NCBI GenBank assembly: GCA_918797485.1
Contig: CAKKNE010000004.1
Location: 4,836,001-4,900,000 of the forward strand
Reading direction: 5' to 3'
From: Pelagomonas calceolata
Taxonomy: Eukaryota
Length of the DNA: 64,000 bases
Part shown: one piece after another, positions 60,801-64,000 of the stretch
Layout: each line of letters opens with the position of its first letter
Numbering within the stretch: the first letter of the stretch is position 1
The notes under the pieces: model-generated
Databases searched by the model: none
Told to the model about the DNA's origin: nothing
What the model saw: only the letters and a program-made list of their open reading frames with translations
Made by a program: the position numbers and the translations under genes

Positions 60801-63800
60801 ATGACTTCCTGGTCCGAGGCGCAGGCGGTGACGATCTCACTCTTTGACAAGGACCCGCCGCCGTCCTTGTCGATGAGGTCGAAGCAGCGCGCCGCGGCCG
60901 TGAGGAACGAGTCGGTGAACTCCTCGATCTCCTTCTGTGCCGCCTTCGCCTGCACGGCGCGGGCCGCGGCGCGGGCCTCGAGCTTGGCCGCGAGGGCGGA
61001 CTCGATCGCTTCTTGCCTGCGCGGAACGTCGACCGGTGAGCCGCGAAGTACTTCTACGCCACCAGCACGCCATCGCCGCGTCCACCGCAAAGTTTCAGAC
61101 TCCGAAACGCACCACTCCTCCTCGTCGATGTGGCCGTCGCGGTCCGTGTCGAGCACGAGCAGCGCGGCCTCGAGGCGCGACGGCACCAGCAAGTACTGGA
61201 GGTTCTGGTTGCCGCAGTTGTTGAGGAAGTCGATGACCTCCTTGTCAGCGCGCACGGCGCGAACAATCTCAGCCTTCTCGAGCGTCCCGCTCCCGTCCCT
61301 GTCGATGAGGCGGAAGGCCTTGCGAGCCGCGTTGAGGAACTCCTCGGAGAATTCGCTGTCGGCCGCGGCCGCGGCCCGCGCCCGCCGCTCCTGCTCGGCC
61401 TTGAGCTGCTCGATGCGCTTCGCGAGGCCCCGGTTGATGGCCTCCTCCCTGCGCGCGGAGCGACGTCAGACGAACGACACGAAACGAGGGAGGACGCCGC
61501 GCGACGCGCCACTCGTCGGCGTCGACCTCTCCACTCTTATCCGTGTCCAGGATCTCCAAGGCCTTCTGCAGCCGCGGCGGGTGGAGCAAAAATTGCAGGT
61601 TCTCCTCGCCGCACGTCTTGAGGAACTTGATGACTTTCTGCGAACGGCGCGAAGTGTGACGCGGTCGTTCGGTTGTTCCTTTGTGTGTGTGTGTTCGTAG
61701 TTGCTACTGTCGTCCGATTCTGCACCACCACACACCAAACACACGAAAACAGCAGTTCCGCAGATCACGGAGTCCTCGCAAGTTGAAGTTCGCGCGGTCG
61801 TAGGACGCCGCGTTCGCGCCTCGATACCCGTCTTGGGGTGGACGGCGTTGACGATCTCCTCCTTTGACAGCGAGCCGCCCTTGTCGACGTCGATCAGCTC
61901 GAAGCAGTGCCGCGCCGCGTTCTTGAACTCGTTCGTGAACTCCTCGAGCTCCTTGGCCGCCTGGCGGGCCATCATCTCCTGCGCGCGGCGCTGCGCCGCG
62001 CGGGCCTGGAGCTTGGCCTTCAACGCGTTCTCGATCGCGTCCTCCCTGCGTGGCGAGCGACCGGTGAGTCGCGCAGACACACGGTACCGCGTCGCGTCGA
62101 CGGCGTAGAAGGAAGGACGCAAGGACACCGGGTCAGCACCACTCGCTTGCGTCGATCTGGCCGTCGCGATCCGTGTCGAGCACGGCGAGCGCCTGCTGGA
62201 GCCGCGCCGGCTCGAGGAGGTACATCAAGTTCTGGTTGCCGCAGGTCTGGAGGAAGTTGATCACCTTCTTGTTCGCCTTGACGGCGTCGATAATTTCGTC
62301 CTTGTCCAGGTACCCCGACTCGTCCACATCTATCATATCGAAGACCTGGCGAGCCATGGTCAGGAACTCCGCCGAAAAGTCCTCGTCGGCGGCGGCCGCG
62401 GCGCGCGCGCGGCGCTCCCGCTCCTCGGAGAGCTGCTCGAGGCGGCGCTTGAGGCCGCGCTGGATCGCCTCCTCCCTGCGCGCGACCGGCGTTATGCCTC
62501 TACGTGGCGACGACGCGTCGATGGCGTGTGAACCGTGGAGGACGCCGCGTACCGCACCACTCCTCGACGTCGATCTCGCCCGAGCCGTCGGTGTCGAGGG
62601 CCTTGAGCGCCTTCTTGAGGCGCGCGGGCTGCAGCAGGAACTGCAAGTTCTCCTCGCCGCAGTTCTGCAGAAACGAGATGACTTCTTGATCCGTCTTCAC
62701 GGCCTGGACGATCTCGTCGATCTCGAGCGTGCCCGACATGTCCTTGTCGATGAGGTTGAAGCACTTGCGCGCGGCGTTCAGGAAATCCGAGGTAAAGGCC
62801 GCGATCTCCTTCGCCGCGTTCTTGGCGTCGAGCTCGCGCTTCGCCGCGCGCGCGGCGAGCTTGTTCTGCAGCGCGATCTCGATGCACTGCTCCCACTCGT
62901 CCGCGTCGATGGTGCCGTCGCGATCGGTGTCCATCTCCGCGAGCGCCTTGTCGAGGCGCGACGGCACCAGCAAGTACTGCAAGTTTTGGTTGCCGCAGTT
63001 GCAGAGGAATTTTATCACTTTTTTGTCGTTCTTCACGGCATCCACAATCTCAGCTTTATCGAGCGTTCCCGAGTCGTCCTTGTCGATCATTTGGAAGACC
63101 TCGCGGGCCGCGTTCAAAAATTCTAGCGTGAATTCGGCGTCGGCCCGCTCCGCGGCGCGCTGGCGGCGCTCGCGCTCGTCGGCCAGCTGCTCCAGGCGCT
63201 TCGCGAGGCCGCGGTTGATGGCGGCTTCCCCTGCGTAGCAGACAAACGGTCAAAAGAGCGCATCTCGCGGACACAAAAAGACGCCGGGCAGTACACTCTT
63301 CGATGTCGAGCTCCCCGGACTTGTCGGTATCCAGGGCATCGAGAGCTTTGTCGAGGCGCGGCGGGTGCAGCAGGAATTGCAAGTTTTCTTCGCCGCAGTT
63401 TTTGAGGAAGTCGATCACTTTTTTGTCCTCCTTCACGGCCTTGACGATCTCGGGCTTTTCGAGCGTGCCAGAGTTGTCCTTGTCGATCATAATAAAGCAT
63501 TGCCGGGCAGCCTGCGCGCGGGACCGTCGGTTACATACGCGAAGGCTTCGGACGCCGGGGGCCGTGCGTTCAGGAACTCGCTCGTGAATTTGGCGATCTC
63601 CTTCGCGGCGGCCTTGGCCTGGGCCTCGCGCGCCTTGGCGCGCTGCGCGAGCTTGTTCCGCAGCGCCGTCTCGATCGCGTCCTCCCTGCGCGGAACGTCG
63701 ACGGTCAGCCGCGTCGACGCCGTCGCCGCGTAGAAGCCCCCCCCCCCCAGCTTCGGACTCCGAAACGCACCACTCGTTGCAGTCGATCTCGCCGTCGCGG

Positions 63801-64000
63801 TCCGAGTCCAGCTGCGCGAGCGCCGCCTCGAGGCGCGAGGGGACCAGCAGGTACTGCAGATTCTTATTGCCGCAGTTCGTGAGGAAGTCAATCACTTCTT
63901 TATCTGCTCTGACGGCCGTAACGATCTCTTCCTTGTCGAGGAAGCCCGAGTCGTCCTTGTCGATCATTAGGAAAACTGCACGGGCCGCGCTGAGGAACTC
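36827..64000 (-). CDS. Giant poly-EF-hand protein (>7,500 aa; 5' end lies beyond the window) with a nested 33-aa repeat array and a C-terminal degenerate 5'-nucleotidase; 44 introns
   Basis: Inferred introns: 39636-39712, 40050-40239, 40703-40820, 41030-41183, 42397-42501, 42968-43029, 43367-43445, 43781-43860, 44198-44256, 44928-45105, 46786-46847, 51273-51328, 51674-51782, 51939-52030, 52215-52321, 52657-52808, 52952-53031, 53095-53190, 53321-53465, 54138-54217, 54689-54818, 55020-55145, 55274-55373, 55918-56026, 56155-56253, 56615-56757, 56941-57052, 57205-57287, 57472-57607, 57945-58062, 58398-58479, 58816-58927, 59071-59189, 59535-59601, 60122-60203, 60332-60472, 61017-61112, 61449-61509, 61638-61819, 62046-62139, 62476-62557, 63231-63294, 63512-63567, 63686-63770. 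Removing these 4,560 nt leaves 22,614 nt = 7,538 codons, in frame from 64000 (EFLSAARAVF) to the stop at 36827. Confidence 0.85.
48845..51040 (-). repeat. Coding array of ~21 units of ~33 aa (VTLADGTVVxAxxVPPGTxLAGGGxMP)
   Basis: Visible directly in the 46793..51238 ORF translation; intron-free. Confidence 0.92.
57197..57287 (-). mobile_element. Introner-like intron (57205-57287) with TIRs and a diverged 8-bp TSD
   Basis: The intron starts GTCTAGGC and the next exon starts GTCGATGC (6/8). CTGTGCATCAATCAACC follows, an imperfect inverted repeat of the 3' end GGTTGATTTCCACACAG. Same terminal family as the elements at 33575 and 35667. Confidence 0.8.
59527..59601 (-). mobile_element. Introner-like intron (59535-59601) with a 7/8 TSD
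   Basis: Intron start GTGCGCGC versus downstream exon start GTGCGTGC; the element termini are CAGTGC...GCACAG. Confidence 0.75.

Larger units (their letters stand above)
39250..64000 (-). repeat. Coding tandem repeat: ~53 units of 336 nt (112 aa), each a charged helix plus two EF-hands
   Basis: Unit consensus EFLNAARxxFxxIDKDxSGTLxKxEIVxAVKxDxxVIxFLxxCGxxNLQxLLxPxRLxxALxxLDTDxSGEIDxxEWExAI. In intron-free stretches the Trp codons recur every 336 nt (about 45441, 45777, 46113, 46449). Confidence 0.93.

Noticed and set aside
39428..63733. Long plus-strand ORFs (e.g. 47706..51260, 45133..46866, 55291..56640)
   Set aside because: They are antisense shadows of the GC-rich repetitive minus-strand gene; the translations are Ser-rich mirror repeats with no domains.
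39250..64000. CRISPR array, or a cluster of separate small calmodulin-like genes
   Set aside because: The repeats are coding, and the variable spacers are spliceosomal-type introns. There are no cas genes, and no stops or intergenic gaps remain after splicing.

Overview
GC-rich eukaryotic DNA, not a prokaryotic window. The short repetitive introns, many GC donors and gene content suggest a pelagophyte alga (Pelagomonas/Aureococcus-like); this is inference. The fragmented ORFs resolve into about 10 genes once 61 short introns are spliced out by hand. In order: the 5' ~2,680 codons of an axonemal dynein heavy chain (DNAH10-like, 14 introns); a site-1 protease (SKI-1/S1P); SIN3; an intronless single-module NRPS-like enzyme; a PDI-like thioredoxin; PP2C; a TPR-SGNH protein; a PX-like protein; a Tweety-like membrane protein; and the 3' end of a giant gene. 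The giant gene (>7,500 codons, 44 introns) has ~53 tandem 112-aa EF-hand-pair units, a nested ~33-aa repeat array and an apparently catalytically dead 5'-nucleotidase domain. Highlights: (1) the NRPS-like enzyme with a glycine-code A domain, embedded N-methyltransferase, T domain and CocE/NonD hydrolase; (2) the ~100-EF-hand giant protein; (3) introner-like transposon-derived introns, 29 of which sit in the same Trp codon of the repeat in two registers 1 nt apart; (4) four covarying GCTCGAAT-loop hairpins at 36.4-36.7 kb. All intron coordinates were derived by eye and need RNA-seq confirmation.
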